Shown piece by piece: positions 1 through 9,185 of a stretch of DNA of 64,000 nt (the stretch's first letter is position 1; each line of letters starts with the position of its first letter). This stretch comes from a virus. Made by a program: the position numbers and the translations under genes. The notes below the pieces were generated by a model, which saw only the letters and a program-made list of their open reading frames with translations, made no database searches and was not told the origin of the DNA. The stretch lies in IMG/VR virus record IMGVR_UViG_3300044720_000021, positions 2,896-66,895 of that record; one strand, 5' to 3'.

Positions 1-900
1 GGAATCGAGTCAACGCCGCTCGTGCTCGGCGCGGCAAAGCAGATCAGCTTGACTGCCATCCCGCTCGGTGGCCCTGGGACGACGGCGAGGAAAATCTACC
101 GCTCGAAGGATGGCGGTGCCTACGCTCTCGTGACCACGCTCGCCAATAACGTGACAGTGGTTTTCACTGACAACGTGGCGGCTCCGGTCGGAGATCCCCC
201 GTCTGTCGGCACCGCAGAGCGTGTGACGGTGGCCGGCGAGGCTGAGGAGTCTGGAACGGCATACAACGCAATCATCGGTTCGATCACAGAGCTCTCCGAT
301 GTTCCTGACGGAGTGACCGACGTGACCAACCCAACAGCATTTTCAGGCGGCGGGGATGACGAGGAGATGGAGGACTTCCGAGTCCGATTGCTCGACTTCC
401 TGCGCAACCCCAAGACGGGCTCGCCCTCCGACATGGAGGCATGGGCTGAGGAGATCGAGGGAGTCGATACCGCCACCGCGTTCAACAACGACAACAACGG
501 CGTTGCGACGAACGGACACATCACCATCCGCATCGCAGGCCCGGATGGATCGATTCCAGGATCCCCGGTGATTGATGCCGTGCTCGCGCACCTTCAGAGC
601 AAGGCGATCTCGGGCGTGACTGTCCACGTACACACCTTCACTCCGGTGAGCACCGCTGTCACGGTGACAATCACTTTGGAGTCGGGTTACGTGCTCGCAG
701 ACGTGACGCCGGCAGTGCAGGATGCGATCGAGGACTACATCAACAACGTTCCGGTGGGCGGCACCGTCTACATGGCAGGACTGATCGATGCTGTGTTCGG
801 ACTCCCCGGAGTGAAAACCGTCGTGCTCAACACCCCCGCAACCGATCAGACGGCAACCGCTACGCAGAAGCGGACTCCTGGCGTCATCACGGTGAACTAG
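1..900 (+). CDS. Baseplate J-like protein (5' truncated)
   Basis: Frame open from base 1; GGGDDEEMEDFRVRLLDFLRNP..GSPSD..AWA motif typical of baseplate J; position before wedge and fibre genes. Confidence 0.85.
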   Translation, partial: GIESTPLVLGAAKQISLTAIPLGGPGTTARKIYRSKDGGAYALVTTLANNVTVVFTDNVAAPVGDPPSVGTAERVTVAGEAEESGTAYNAIIGSITELSDVPDGVTDVTNPTAFSGGGDDEEMEDFRVRLLDFLRNPKTGSPSDMEAWAEEIEGVDTATAFNNDNNGVATNGHITIRIAGPDGSIPGSPVIDAVLAHLQSKAISGVTVHVHTFTPVSTAVTVTITLESGYVLADVTPAVQDAIEDYINNVPVGGTVYMAGLIDAVFGLPGVKTVVLNTPATDQTATATQKRTPGVITVN

Positions 901-901
901 T

Positions 902-2161
902 ATGGCGCAGCCTGCACTCCCCGCTGAGGGTACATACGGCGAGATCGAACAGAATTTCATCGAGAACTCGCCGCCTGGGCTCTGGCCTGACAATCAGGAC
1001 TCCAACTTCGGTCAGCTTCGCAAGGTGCTCCTGGAACCGCTTCAGGAGTGTAGTGACAAGCTGACGGTTCTCGACTTGGAGATGTACGCAGCGACGGCTG
1101 AAATATATCTGTCGCTGTGGGAGCAGGAGTTGAACCTGCCCATCGCACCCACAGGCAAGACTCCGCAGAACCGGCGGGACGTGATCGCATCGAAGTTGGT
1201 CTATGGGCCGTTCACGAGGACGAGACTCAATGCGCTGATCGAGTCTTTCATCGTGACGACATTCGGCTCTGCCGCTTCGCTGACGCCGGAAGGGCTCGCT
1301 CTCGATGCTGGCGGCATCCCCCTCTTTTCAGGGGTGTCGTCGTTGGCCGATGCCTACCGAATCTACGAGGACATCAGAAACTACAGCTTCGAGCTCTGGA
1401 TCAAGAGCGCCGTCACACCGGACATGTCCTCTCTGACGCGAGAGCTCACGCGGATCGTTCCGGGTGGGCACAGCTACACGATCGACAACACCAAAACCAA
1501 TGTGCTCGATTACGCACGGACAGTTCGCAACAAGCAACCGAACGCGTTTTTCAGGCTCGGGCCTGACGCAAACGACACGTCGGGCTATGCAAATCACGGC
1601 ACGCTCAACGGCACCCATGCTCTCGTCTCCTCTCCGGGCCTGCTCGCGCACACAGACGTGGCAGGTGCCAACGGGGCTCGGGACTTCGATGGCGCGAGCG
1701 GCTATGTCTCGGTGCCCGACGCTCCTCAGCTTGATCTCGGTGATCACCTGACAATCGAGTTCTTGGCGCGGCCGGATGCAATCGGCGCGGTGATGCGGGT
1801 GGTGGATAAGGGAGCGAATGCCTACTCCGTCTACATCAACGCAACAGGGGCCGTCGTGTTCGAGCAGAAGGGCGTCGGCACCATTGCTGCGTCAACGATC
1901 AACCTCGTGGCCGGCACGATCTACTACGTCGAGGTCAAGAAGTCCGGGCCTCTAGTGAAAATCCTAATCGACGACGTTGACAGAACCGGCACGGTCGTGA
2001 ACAGGACGCTGGTGGATACAGCAACGGCTCTGAACATCGGACGTAACGTCTCAGGTGGAGAGTTTTTCAACGGCGCGCTCGATGAAGTAGCTCTCTACGA
2101 TCTGCGTCTGACGGCTGACGAGAGCACAAGCAACTACAAGACCGCCAAGAACATCGCCTGA
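902..2161 (+). CDS. Baseplate wedge subunit (Mu gp48/YmfQ-like N-terminus) fused to a LamG/ConA-like domain
   Basis: LWEQELNLP..RRDVIASKL at N-terminus; FDGASGYV..LTIEF..FNGALDEVALYDLRL at C-terminus. Confidence 0.7.
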   Translation: MAQPALPAEGTYGEIEQNFIENSPPGLWPDNQDSNFGQLRKVLLEPLQECSDKLTVLDLEMYAATAEIYLSLWEQELNLPIAPTGKTPQNRRDVIASKLVYGPFTRTRLNALIESFIVTTFGSAASLTPEGLALDAGGIPLFSGVSSLADAYRIYEDIRNYSFELWIKSAVTPDMSSLTRELTRIVPGGHSYTIDNTKTNVLDYARTVRNKQPNAFFRLGPDANDTSGYANHGTLNGTHALVSSPGLLAHTDVAGANGARDFDGASGYVSVPDAPQLDLGDHLTIEFLARPDAIGAVMRVVDKGANAYSVYINATGAVVFEQKGVGTIAASTINLVAGTIYYVEVKKSGPLVKILIDDVDRTGTVVNRTLVDTATALNIGRNVSGGEFFNGALDEVALYDLRLTADESTSNYKTAKNIA

Positions 2162-2173
2162 AAGGGGTGAAAA

Positions 2174-3181
2174 TTGATTAGGTACAAGTCATTCGAGGCT
2201 ACCGGAATCGCCCCCAACGGCAAGCTGTATGCGGGCGACCTGAATGGAATTCAGGACGCGGCAGCCGCACTGGCGGACTTCACGCAGCAGATCGATCTCG
2301 GCACACTCAGAATCGGTGAGGCCGGACTGACACTCTCGAAGTTCGGCACGGCAGAGGCGCAACTTGCAGGCCATCTGCGTGTGACGAAAATCCTTCGAGG
2401 ATTGGAAGGGATCATCCCCGGTGCCTTCACGACCACGCAGAGGGATGCCATCGCTGCGGGTGGTGCTCCCTACGGCCTCGGGATCATCAACACGACCAAG
2501 AACAAGTGGGAGTGGAACACGGGCTCAGACGGAGCTCGCGTGTGGGCACCGTTCGGAATCGACTCAGGTGTTGGCACCCTCGCGTTGCGACCGGCTGCAA
2601 ACGCAGTCACTCCGGGCTCGATCTACTTCGCGACCGATCAGGTGGTTGAGTACGTCAGCGACGGATCCTCTTGGTTCCGCAAGGGGTTGCCGGCGGGTGC
2701 AACGTGCGCATGGTTCGGCGCAGCGGCTCCAACAGGATGGGTGAAATACGACGGCACCAACCTCCCATCGTCCACGGGCATCTACGCAGACCTTGCGACA
2801 CATCTGGGTGGCGTTGCGACAGTGGACACACAGGGTCGAACGATCTTCGGGCAGGGGACGCACGCCGACGTTGACACGGTGAAAACCGACAACGATGGCT
2901 TGGCCGTAGGTTTGCGTCGTCCGAAGCACAAGACGAGCATCACCGACCCTGGCCATCGGACGGACTTCGAGTATTCGGACAGCGGAGTGACCTTCACGGG
3001 CCTCACCAACCGTCCCCGAATTGCTTGGAGCACGGCGTCGGACGTGAACAACCTTCTCGGTACGATCCCGGAATCCGATCGAGCGGCTACCCTGACCGGG
3101 ATCACGGCTGGCCCACAGACCGGAAACGAGCCCACAGACACGGTGCCGTACACCGTGGGGCTCTTTATCGCAAAGCTGTAA
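2174..3181 (+). CDS. Tail fibre protein with tail-collar domain
   Basis: PAGATCAWFGAAAPTGWVKYDG..DTQGRTIFG collar motif; follows baseplate genes. Confidence 0.75.
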   Translation: MIRYKSFEATGIAPNGKLYAGDLNGIQDAAAALADFTQQIDLGTLRIGEAGLTLSKFGTAEAQLAGHLRVTKILRGLEGIIPGAFTTTQRDAIAAGGAPYGLGIINTTKNKWEWNTGSDGARVWAPFGIDSGVGTLALRPAANAVTPGSIYFATDQVVEYVSDGSSWFRKGLPAGATCAWFGAAAPTGWVKYDGTNLPSSTGIYADLATHLGGVATVDTQGRTIFGQGTHADVDTVKTDNDGLAVGLRRPKHKTSITDPGHRTDFEYSDSGVTFTGLTNRPRIAWSTASDVNNLLGTIPESDRAATLTGITAGPQTGNEPTDTVPYTVGLFIAKL

Positions 3182-3203
3182 GTGAAAAAAGGAGGGCGGG
3201 AAC

Positions 3204-3443
3204 ATGGCACAGCAAATGAACATGAATCAAGCGCTCGTCGTACTTGGCGAGTTCGCACTGAAAAACCGGCTACTCGAAGATCAACTCGAATCGACAGAGG
3301 AGACGCTGCTTGCAAAGACTCTGGAATTCGAAACAGAGAAGGAGAAGGCCGAAGCACTGGCAAGTGAAAAGCGCATTCTGCTTGCAGACATAGCGGAACA
3401 GCGCGAGGAGATTGAAAATCTGAAAGGAGGGCGGGAAACATGA
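3204..3443 (+). CDS. Small coiled-coil protein (possible fibre chaperone)
   Basis: GGAGGG RBS; heptad-like Glu/Leu pattern. Confidence 0.5.
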   Translation: MAQQMNMNQALVVLGEFALKNRLLEDQLESTEETLLAKTLEFETEKEKAEALASEKRILLADIAEQREEIENLKGGRET

Positions 3444-4066
3444 GCGTCACCAAAGCAGAGTTCCGATGGCGGGTGTGGGTTCTAGGGGAGGGCGAGTTCG
3501 CGGCCAAAGGGCCACGCTCGAAGCCACGCCCGGATTTCGGTTTCGGCGGCAAGGGGCAGAAGCCTGTGCCTAAGCCGTGGTTCAAGAGGTTGGGGGAGTT
3601 CGTTGCCAAGCGCGAGAAGGACTTCGAGCCCAAGCCCGAGGCTCCTCCCAAGGACGATCCACTGAAAAGACCGGGCATGATCTCGGAGCACTTCAACGTG
3701 CGCGAGTTCGACTGCCACGACGGCAGGAGGGTGCCCAAGGCTGCCGAGCCCGCTCTTGTCAGACTCGCGGTGCAGTTCCTCGAACCGATGCGGAAGAAGT
3801 TCGGGCCTGCGCGGGTGCTCTCGGGCTATCGGCACAAGGCGTACAACCGCAGCATTGGCGGTGCGCTTTTCAGTCAGCACGACTATGACGACGATCCCAC
3901 GACGGTCGCTGCGGATCTGACCTTCGCGAAGGGCTCGCCGGCACAGTGGGCGGCTGAAGCGAGGCGGCTCTCTGACCGACTTGGCTTCGGCGGTGTGGGC
4001 GAGTACCGCAACTCGGGCTTCGTCCACATGGACAACCGCCGTTACAAGGCTCGTTGGAGCGGCTGA
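3440..4066 (+). CDS. Endolysin, peptidase M15A family
   Basis: SEHFNVREFDCHDG, SGYR..YNRSIGGA..SQH, GFVHMDNR zinc-peptidase motifs. Confidence 0.85.
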   Translation: MSVTKAEFRWRVWVLGEGEFAAKGPRSKPRPDFGFGGKGQKPVPKPWFKRLGEFVAKREKDFEPKPEAPPKDDPLKRPGMISEHFNVREFDCHDGRRVPKAAEPALVRLAVQFLEPMRKKFGPARVLSGYRHKAYNRSIGGALFSQHDYDDDPTTVAADLTFAKGSPAQWAAEARRLSDRLGFGGVGEYRNSGFVHMDNRRYKARWSG

Positions 4067-4071
4067 TTTTC

Positions 4072-4353
4072 ATGGACTTCCTTATTGGGGCGGCGGCAGA
4101 GATCCAGTGGATCGACACGATCCTCCGGGGCGGGTTTGCCGCCGCCCTCCTCTACGTCTTGTGGGGAGGTCACAAGGGGTGGTGGGTGTATGGGAAGGAT
4201 CATCGAGCAGCACTAGCTGAAAAAGACAGGCAACTTGCCGACCTGGAAATGCGGCACGACAGGTTGCGGGATGAAAAAGACGCCTGGATGCAGACGGCGT
4301 TGAAATCGGCTGGCGTAGCCTTCGCGTTGACCGAAGGAAAGGGCCAACAGTGA
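4072..4353 (+). CDS. Holin-like membrane protein with C-terminal coiled coil
   Basis: Hydrophobic GGFAAALLYVLWGG segment directly after endolysin. Confidence 0.55.
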   Translation: MDFLIGAAAEIQWIDTILRGGFAAALLYVLWGGHKGWWVYGKDHRAALAEKDRQLADLEMRHDRLRDEKDAWMQTALKSAGVAFALTEGKGQQ

Positions 4354-4544
4354 AAATTCTTGATCGCTTGCGGCGGCGAGAAGAAAGGAACGCAGTGGAA
4401 GATGGACATGTCAAGAAGGACGAGCTCGACATGCGTGTCGAGGAGGAAAAACGCACTCGGCGAAAGTTGAATGCGCGGCTGAACTCCATCGAAATCGAGT
4501 ACGGGCTCGACATCAAACCCACGAAACTGAAGGAAGTGAATTAG
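4350..4544 (+). CDS. Small charged hypothetical protein
   Basis: GTGA overlap with upstream stop; RBS. Confidence 0.5.
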   Translation: MKILDRLRRREERNAVEDGHVKKDELDMRVEEEKRTRRKLNARLNSIEIEYGLDIKPTKLKEVN

Positions 4545-4985
4545 GTGAAAATGCTCGGCGCTCTACTGACCAACACCATTGCTGTGCCTGAGCTCCTGTG
4601 GACGATATTCTGTTCGTTTGCGCTCTACTACGCAGTGCGTGTGACGCGGCGGGCGCGTCGAGCATTGCAGGCACTTCGTGAGGCAGGCATCAACTCCAAT
4701 CGCGAGTATGCGGCCATCACGACCATCTTGTTCTATGCCACAGTGTCATTTGTTCTTTTCATGTTCACCTTCATCGGCATAGCGGTGATGTTCGTTCCAT
4801 CCTCGAACGACCGGATCCAACCGATCACTTGGTTGGTCACGGGAGTTTTCATTGCAGGTGCAGCGGCTCTGGCGTTGGCGCTCTACATGAACGAGCGCCG
4901 GCGCGAGGGGCTGGAAAAGCGCATCGAGAAACATCTCCTTGACGCAGACGCAAAAGATCACCCTCTACGACGCAATGGCGATTGA
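4545..4985 (+). CDS. Membrane protein, about 3 TM segments (holin candidate)
   Basis: Three hydrophobic stretches; lysis cassette. Confidence 0.55.
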   Translation: MKMLGALLTNTIAVPELLWTIFCSFALYYAVRVTRRARRALQALREAGINSNREYAAITTILFYATVSFVLFMFTFIGIAVMFVPSSNDRIQPITWLVTGVFIAGAAALALALYMNERRREGLEKRIEKHLLDADAKDHPLRRNGD

Positions 4986-5201
4986 ATGGGCGGGGCACTG
5001 CTTTGGCGCAGGGTTCATGGCTGGCTGACAATCGCTTGGGCAATTCAGTTCTCTCTTGCATTCTGGATTTTCTCTGACCTACAACGAAGCGTTCCGTACT
5101 TGGTTGGCATCAGCATCGCAGCCGCGCTGCTCGGGGAAATGTCCTCGTGGCACGCAGTACGGGTCGAAGTGAAAATGGAGGAAAGGGGTGGTAGGGATTG
5201 A
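4986..5201 (+). CDS. Small 2-TM membrane protein
   Basis: WLTIAWAIQFSLAFWIF and VPYLVGISIAAALL segments. Confidence 0.5.
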   Translation: MGGALLWRRVHGWLTIAWAIQFSLAFWIFSDLQRSVPYLVGISIAAALLGEMSSWHAVRVEVKMEERGGRD

Positions 5202-5263
5202 CAACTAGCTACGCAGCCTGAAAGGGCGGGCTGTGCCTAGTCAGCTATTAAGGAGTTTTCTAA

Positions 5264-5806
5264 GTGAAAAAACTGCTCGTACTAACCCTCGCCGCCGCCG
5301 TGCTCGGAGGCGGCGTCGGGACATCAGCAGATGCAGCAAGTGAAAACCTGAGATACCCCGACAACAACGCATGGATCAAGCTATGGACAAAACGAGATCA
5401 GAGCATCTACTCCTCGATCAAAGTGGCCGCGAATATTTTCAGGGTCAGCGAATCGACCTTGCGTGCGGTCAACGGAGGCGAAGGAGGCAACGTCCACCCG
5501 GCCAAACTTCGGGTGACAATCTGCAACCCGTCGGCTTACGGCGGGATCGGCTGGAACACGCAAGGCTCTGCCGCGTTTGGGCCGTTCCAGTTCATGCTCG
5601 ACTACCGAGGCGCTTGCAACCGGCAGAAAGCCTGGGGCACCTTCGGTTCATACGACGACGCGGCTTTTCAGGAAGCAAAGCGACAAGGCATCTCGGTGCC
5701 GTATCGGTTCAAGCATCCTGCGTCGAACGTCGGGCAAGCACTTACCGCCGCCTACATGATCTCACGCGGCGGGCTGTACGTCCATTGGTGCGCATCCATG
5801 TGCTAG
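5264..5806 (+). CDS. Secreted lysozyme-fold lytic transglycosylase (SLT/Rpf-like)
   Basis: Signal peptide MKKLLVLTLAAAVL..ADA; LRAVNGGEGG (candidate catalytic Glu), AFGPFQF, GQALTAAYMI..HW. Confidence 0.65.
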   Translation: MKKLLVLTLAAAVLGGGVGTSADAASENLRYPDNNAWIKLWTKRDQSIYSSIKVAANIFRVSESTLRAVNGGEGGNVHPAKLRVTICNPSAYGGIGWNTQGSAAFGPFQFMLDYRGACNRQKAWGTFGSYDDAAFQEAKRQGISVPYRFKHPASNVGQALTAAYMISRGGLYVHWCASMC

Positions 5807-5810
5807 GAGG

Positions 5811-6101
5811 ATGAAAATGCCAACACAAAACACCTTGTCCACTCCCGACATCACACCGATCCAGAAACTCGTTGCTGCGGTCGGTGGACTGCTCGTGTCG
5901 GGAATGCTCCTCGTCAACGCGTTCGACATCTACGACATCAGTGGAGAACAGAGCGCGGCAGTCGTCGGCTTCTGGACGACCATTGGTTCAGTCGTAGTGG
6001 TCGCAGACGCGGTGATTCGCAATGGGCGCGCTCGTGCTCTAGCCGCGAATCCTCCCGCGCAGGCCGTGGACAAGGCAGGCGAGGCAACGATCGCGGGCTG
6101 A
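5811..6101 (+). CDS. Holin-like 2-TM protein
   Basis: Two hydrophobic helices, RNGRAR basic tail, end of lysis cassette. Confidence 0.6.
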   Translation: MKMPTQNTLSTPDITPIQKLVAAVGGLLVSGMLLVNAFDIYDISGEQSAAVVGFWTTIGSVVVVADAVIRNGRARALAANPPAQAVDKAGEATIAG

Positions 6102-6117
6102 GAGCTCGCCACAAGGT

Positions 6118-6161
6118 CGGACGGGGCTGAACCGTGCCCGCCCTCGGGGAAGCCCCGTCCG
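6118..6161 (+). terminator. GC-rich hairpin ending the lysis operon
   Basis: CGGACGGGGC / GCCCCGTCCG 10-bp stem; no U-tract. Confidence 0.45.
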
Positions 6162-6199
6162 GCAACAACAGTAGCGTAGGAGGGCTCTCACGAGTCCGC

Positions 6200-6228
6200 T
6201 TGACGCCGGCTCAGGAGGGCGCTACAGT
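6200..6228 (+). promoter_or_regulatory. Sigma70/SigA-type promoter of the replication operon
   Basis: TTGACG-17 nt-TACAGT. Confidence 0.7.
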
Positions 6229-6326
6229 CCCCGATCTGAGTGACGATCAGGTGCAGGGGAGGGGCTACGGCCTCTCCCCGCTTCTTCTGATCGCGCCGCA
6301 CCCGAACCGTCAACGAAAGGATTTTC

Positions 6327-6626
6327 ATGAGCGAGCAGTTGGCAGAGAGAACTTCGCGTCGTCGCGGGGGTGAAAACAAGTCGCGCCCGAGGTCTGCTTA
6401 TGACGCCGCACTGATCCAGGCAAAGATCGATGGCTCGTGCGTGGATCTCGTTCTTGCCGCTGACTTCGCGACACCCCTCGGAGGACTCCTCGACGCGGAC
6501 AAGACCATCGAGGCGAAGGTTTGTCACGTTGACACCTACGCCGTCGAGTTCGAAGTCATGGGAGCGAACGAAGGAAAAAAAGTTTGGATCAACAAAGGAT
6601 TCATTGCAGGGGTGTGGGTGCGATGA
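6327..6626 (+). CDS. Hfq/Sm-fold-like protein
   Basis: By-eye alignment to Hfq Sm1 and Sm2 motifs (see findings). Confidence 0.55.
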   Translation: [99 protein letters not shown]

Positions 6627-6841
6627 AAATTCGAGTTCGTCCTCTGGGTGTTAGATCACCTGTGATTCGCAAGATCTCTCTGCGAAGATTTTTTGGTTCT
6701 CTTTTCGGAAACCCCACCCCCCTTCCCGTAGGGAAGGAAGGGGCTCCTAGGGGTGAGAGTGTGAGAGAGGGGCGCGCGGAAATCATTCAGCACCCGAGAT
6801 TCGGGCCGATCATCGTGAAGTGGCCGGTGGCTGGCCAATGA
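6623..6841 (+). CDS. Small basic hypothetical protein
   Basis: ATGA overlaps at both ends. Confidence 0.5.
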   Translation: MKIRVRPLGVRSPVIRKISLRRFFGSLFGNPTPLPVGKEGAPRGESVREGRAEIIQHPRFGPIIVKWPVAGQ

Positions 6842-8196
6842 GTGTTGAAGCCCTAGTCGTCACCGCAATCGTGCAAGAGGGAGCTCAGGGGCTCCGCAAG
6901 GTCTACCAGGAGGGAATTTCATCCGATGACTTCTTGGTCTACGAGGAGGAGTTCGCCTGGATCGAGGAGCGTGTTGCTTCGAGGCAGCCGCTCAACGGAA
7001 GGATTTTCAAGGGCAAATTTGACGAGTTCGAGTGGTTGCCGCCGAACGAGAACCTGAAGGATCTGCTCGCTGAACTGAAAAAGGAACGCGCGTTCACCGA
7101 ACTTACTCAGCTTGTCAACACGCTGGCTGACGAGCTCGACATCGACAATGCGCTCTCCAAGGCTGAGTTCGCGCGTGACAGGGTGGCTGAGATCACAAGA
7201 CTGCACGCGCCGGCATCCGACCATCTCCTGATCGCCGGGTGGCGCGACCACTTGGAGGAACAGAAGCATCTGCGGACTCTGCGACGGGGTGGTGCTCCTC
7301 CTGGGATCCCGACAGGACTGGCCAACATCGATTTTCATTGGGACGGGCTAGTACCCGGCCGGATGATCGTCGTGCTCGGGCGACCGGGTGAGGGCAAGTC
7401 CTACCTGACGGCGCAGTTCGCCAAAGAAGCAATCCTTCAGCACTATCGTGTTCTGTTTTTCAGTCCTGAGATGAACAGGCGGGAGCATCTGTGCCGGCTG
7501 CACACGCTCCTGTCGGCGGACTCACGAGTGAAGGAAGCCCTCGGGCTGAAGCATTCGTTCCGCAACAGGGCATTGATGAACGGGATGGGCTACAACATGA
7601 AAAGCTATTCCCGATTCATGAAGCACTTGGAGGAGAACTACGGCGAGATCATCCTGATGACAAACACGCATCGACGGCGGAAGATGTCACCTGCGTTCAT
7701 CGAGGCGAAGATCGAGGACGTGAGGCCCGATCTCGTGATCATTGATCCGATCTACAAGCTGTCCGCTGTCCGGCCGCGTCAGAGCCGAGTCGAGGAACTG
7801 TCGGAGATCTCGGACTCGATCCAGGATCTTGCCGAGGCGTTCAGCATCCCGGTCGTGGTGACAAACCAAGCCCACCGGCAGGCGACGGGCAAGGACGACG
7901 CACCGCACAAGGACTCCTCGTTCAACTCGGACGTGCCGGTGCAGGAAGCAGATCATGTCATCGGAGTGAAAAACAAGAGCGACGAGAACCTGTTGCTGTG
8001 TCGTTGCTCGAAGTCGCGCTTCGGTGCGGATTTTCGTTTCGAGTCGCAGTTCTATCCCAACACCGGAGTGCTGCGAGAGCTCACGCAACCTGAAGGCAGC
8101 TACTACAACGGCAGTGACGATCCCGACGAGGACGAGTTGCGGGAGATCGTCGGCAATGCAACACGAGCGACCCAGGAGGTCGAAGCAGATGACTGA
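6838..8196 (+). CDS. dnaB: DnaB-like replicative helicase
   Basis: GIPTG..D; Walker A GRPGEGKS; Walker B LVIIDPIY; PVVVTNQAHR; KSRFG. Confidence 0.9.
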   Translation: MSVEALVVTAIVQEGAQGLRKVYQEGISSDDFLVYEEEFAWIEERVASRQPLNGRIFKGKFDEFEWLPPNENLKDLLAELKKERAFTELTQLVNTLADELDIDNALSKAEFARDRVAEITRLHAPASDHLLIAGWRDHLEEQKHLRTLRRGGAPPGIPTGLANIDFHWDGLVPGRMIVVLGRPGEGKSYLTAQFAKEAILQHYRVLFFSPEMNRREHLCRLHTLLSADSRVKEALGLKHSFRNRALMNGMGYNMKSYSRFMKHLEENYGEIILMTNTHRRRKMSPAFIEAKIEDVRPDLVIIDPIYKLSAVRPRQSRVEELSEISDSIQDLAEAFSIPVVVTNQAHRQATGKDDAPHKDSSFNSDVPVQEADHVIGVKNKSDENLLLCRCSKSRFGADFRFESQFYPNTGVLRELTQPEGSYYNGSDDPDEDELREIVGNATRATQEVEADD

Positions 8197-8464
8197 TGAA
8201 AAGATCAGCGTGTCGGCGCACGAGCGCAACAAGCCGCTGAAGTCGAAGCCGCCGCAAACGCGGGATGAAAAGATTCCGCACTCGCAGTTCTCGGATCCAC
8301 AGCAGCGAGTGGCCAAGGGAGTGAAAATCCTCTCGAAGTCCGAGAAGAACGACGGCACCAACATCGAGTCGAAGTCGCGGGGCGGCACGCTCGAAACCAC
8401 CGTCACGCTTGGTCGCGGTGACACAGAGCCTCTGGACGCTGATGGGCGGCGGCAGCACTCGTGA
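8189..8464 (+). CDS. Hypothetical protein
   Basis: GGAGG RBS, overlap with dnaB stop. Confidence 0.5.
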   Translation: MTDEKISVSAHERNKPLKSKPPQTRDEKIPHSQFSDPQQRVAKGVKILSKSEKNDGTNIESKSRGGTLETTVTLGRGDTEPLDADGRRQHS

Positions 8465-8631
8465 GCGAGCTCGAAGATGGAATTCCCGAGCCAACTCGTG
8501 AGGAGATCGAAAAGCACATTCACGCTGAGGCTGAAAAGTCGCTTCAGACGATGGTGCGTCATGCGTTGATTCGATTGACGCCCGATCAAGTGATCGAGGT
8601 TGTCACCAAGGAGGCGAGACTGCGTGGATGA
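8461..8631 (+). CDS. Small hypothetical protein (56 aa, not in ORF track)
   Basis: GTG start overlapping upstream stop; MSELEDGIPEPTREEIEKH.. Confidence 0.45.
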   Translation: MSELEDGIPEPTREEIEKHIHAEAEKSLQTMVRHALIRLTPDQVIEVVTKEARLRG

Positions 8632-9061
8632 AATTGTCAGCAAGATCTCCGACGAGGAGCGCAAGCGGCTGGCAGCGGAACATCGTGCAAAGGTCGCGTC
8701 CGGTGAAATCGACATCGGCCCGAAGCCGCATCACGAGCCCACTGACCCGAGCATTCGTGCAGACCGCAGGGATCCCCAGGCAATCGGTGAAAAGCTGATG
8801 GAGATTCGACGGGCGACCATGCCGGCGACGAACGGGAACGCCAACGGTGCTGCCTACGCAGGGGTAGGGCCGAGTCTCAGCGCGCTTGCTGACGAGCACA
8901 TGTCGGCGCTTCTGGCCGTGCCTGACGTGTCTCACAATGAAACCACGGTCGTTGGGACGGCACGGGCCTATCGTCAGGAGTTGGAGGAGCGTGCCGCCAA
9001 AGGTGACAAGTTCGCCATCTCGATGCTGACGACAGGTCAGCCCGGTGATTCAGACTCGTGA
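8624..9061 (+). CDS. Hypothetical protein
   Basis: AAGGAGG RBS before GTG; coding-like codon usage. Confidence 0.55.
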   Translation: MDEIVSKISDEERKRLAAEHRAKVASGEIDIGPKPHHEPTDPSIRADRRDPQAIGEKLMEIRRATMPATNGNANGAAYAGVGPSLSALADEHMSALLAVPDVSHNETTVVGTARAYRQELEERAAKGDKFAISMLTTGQPGDSDS

Positions 9062-9185
9062 CGGTCAGTGAAAAGATCCGAGGAGTTCTGATGCCTTGGC
9101 GTTGGGCTCGTCGGTGCGCGTGCCACAGCAATATTTGGCCGTGCCAATACATTGACCGACCGAATGACAATCACGGTAGCGGACG

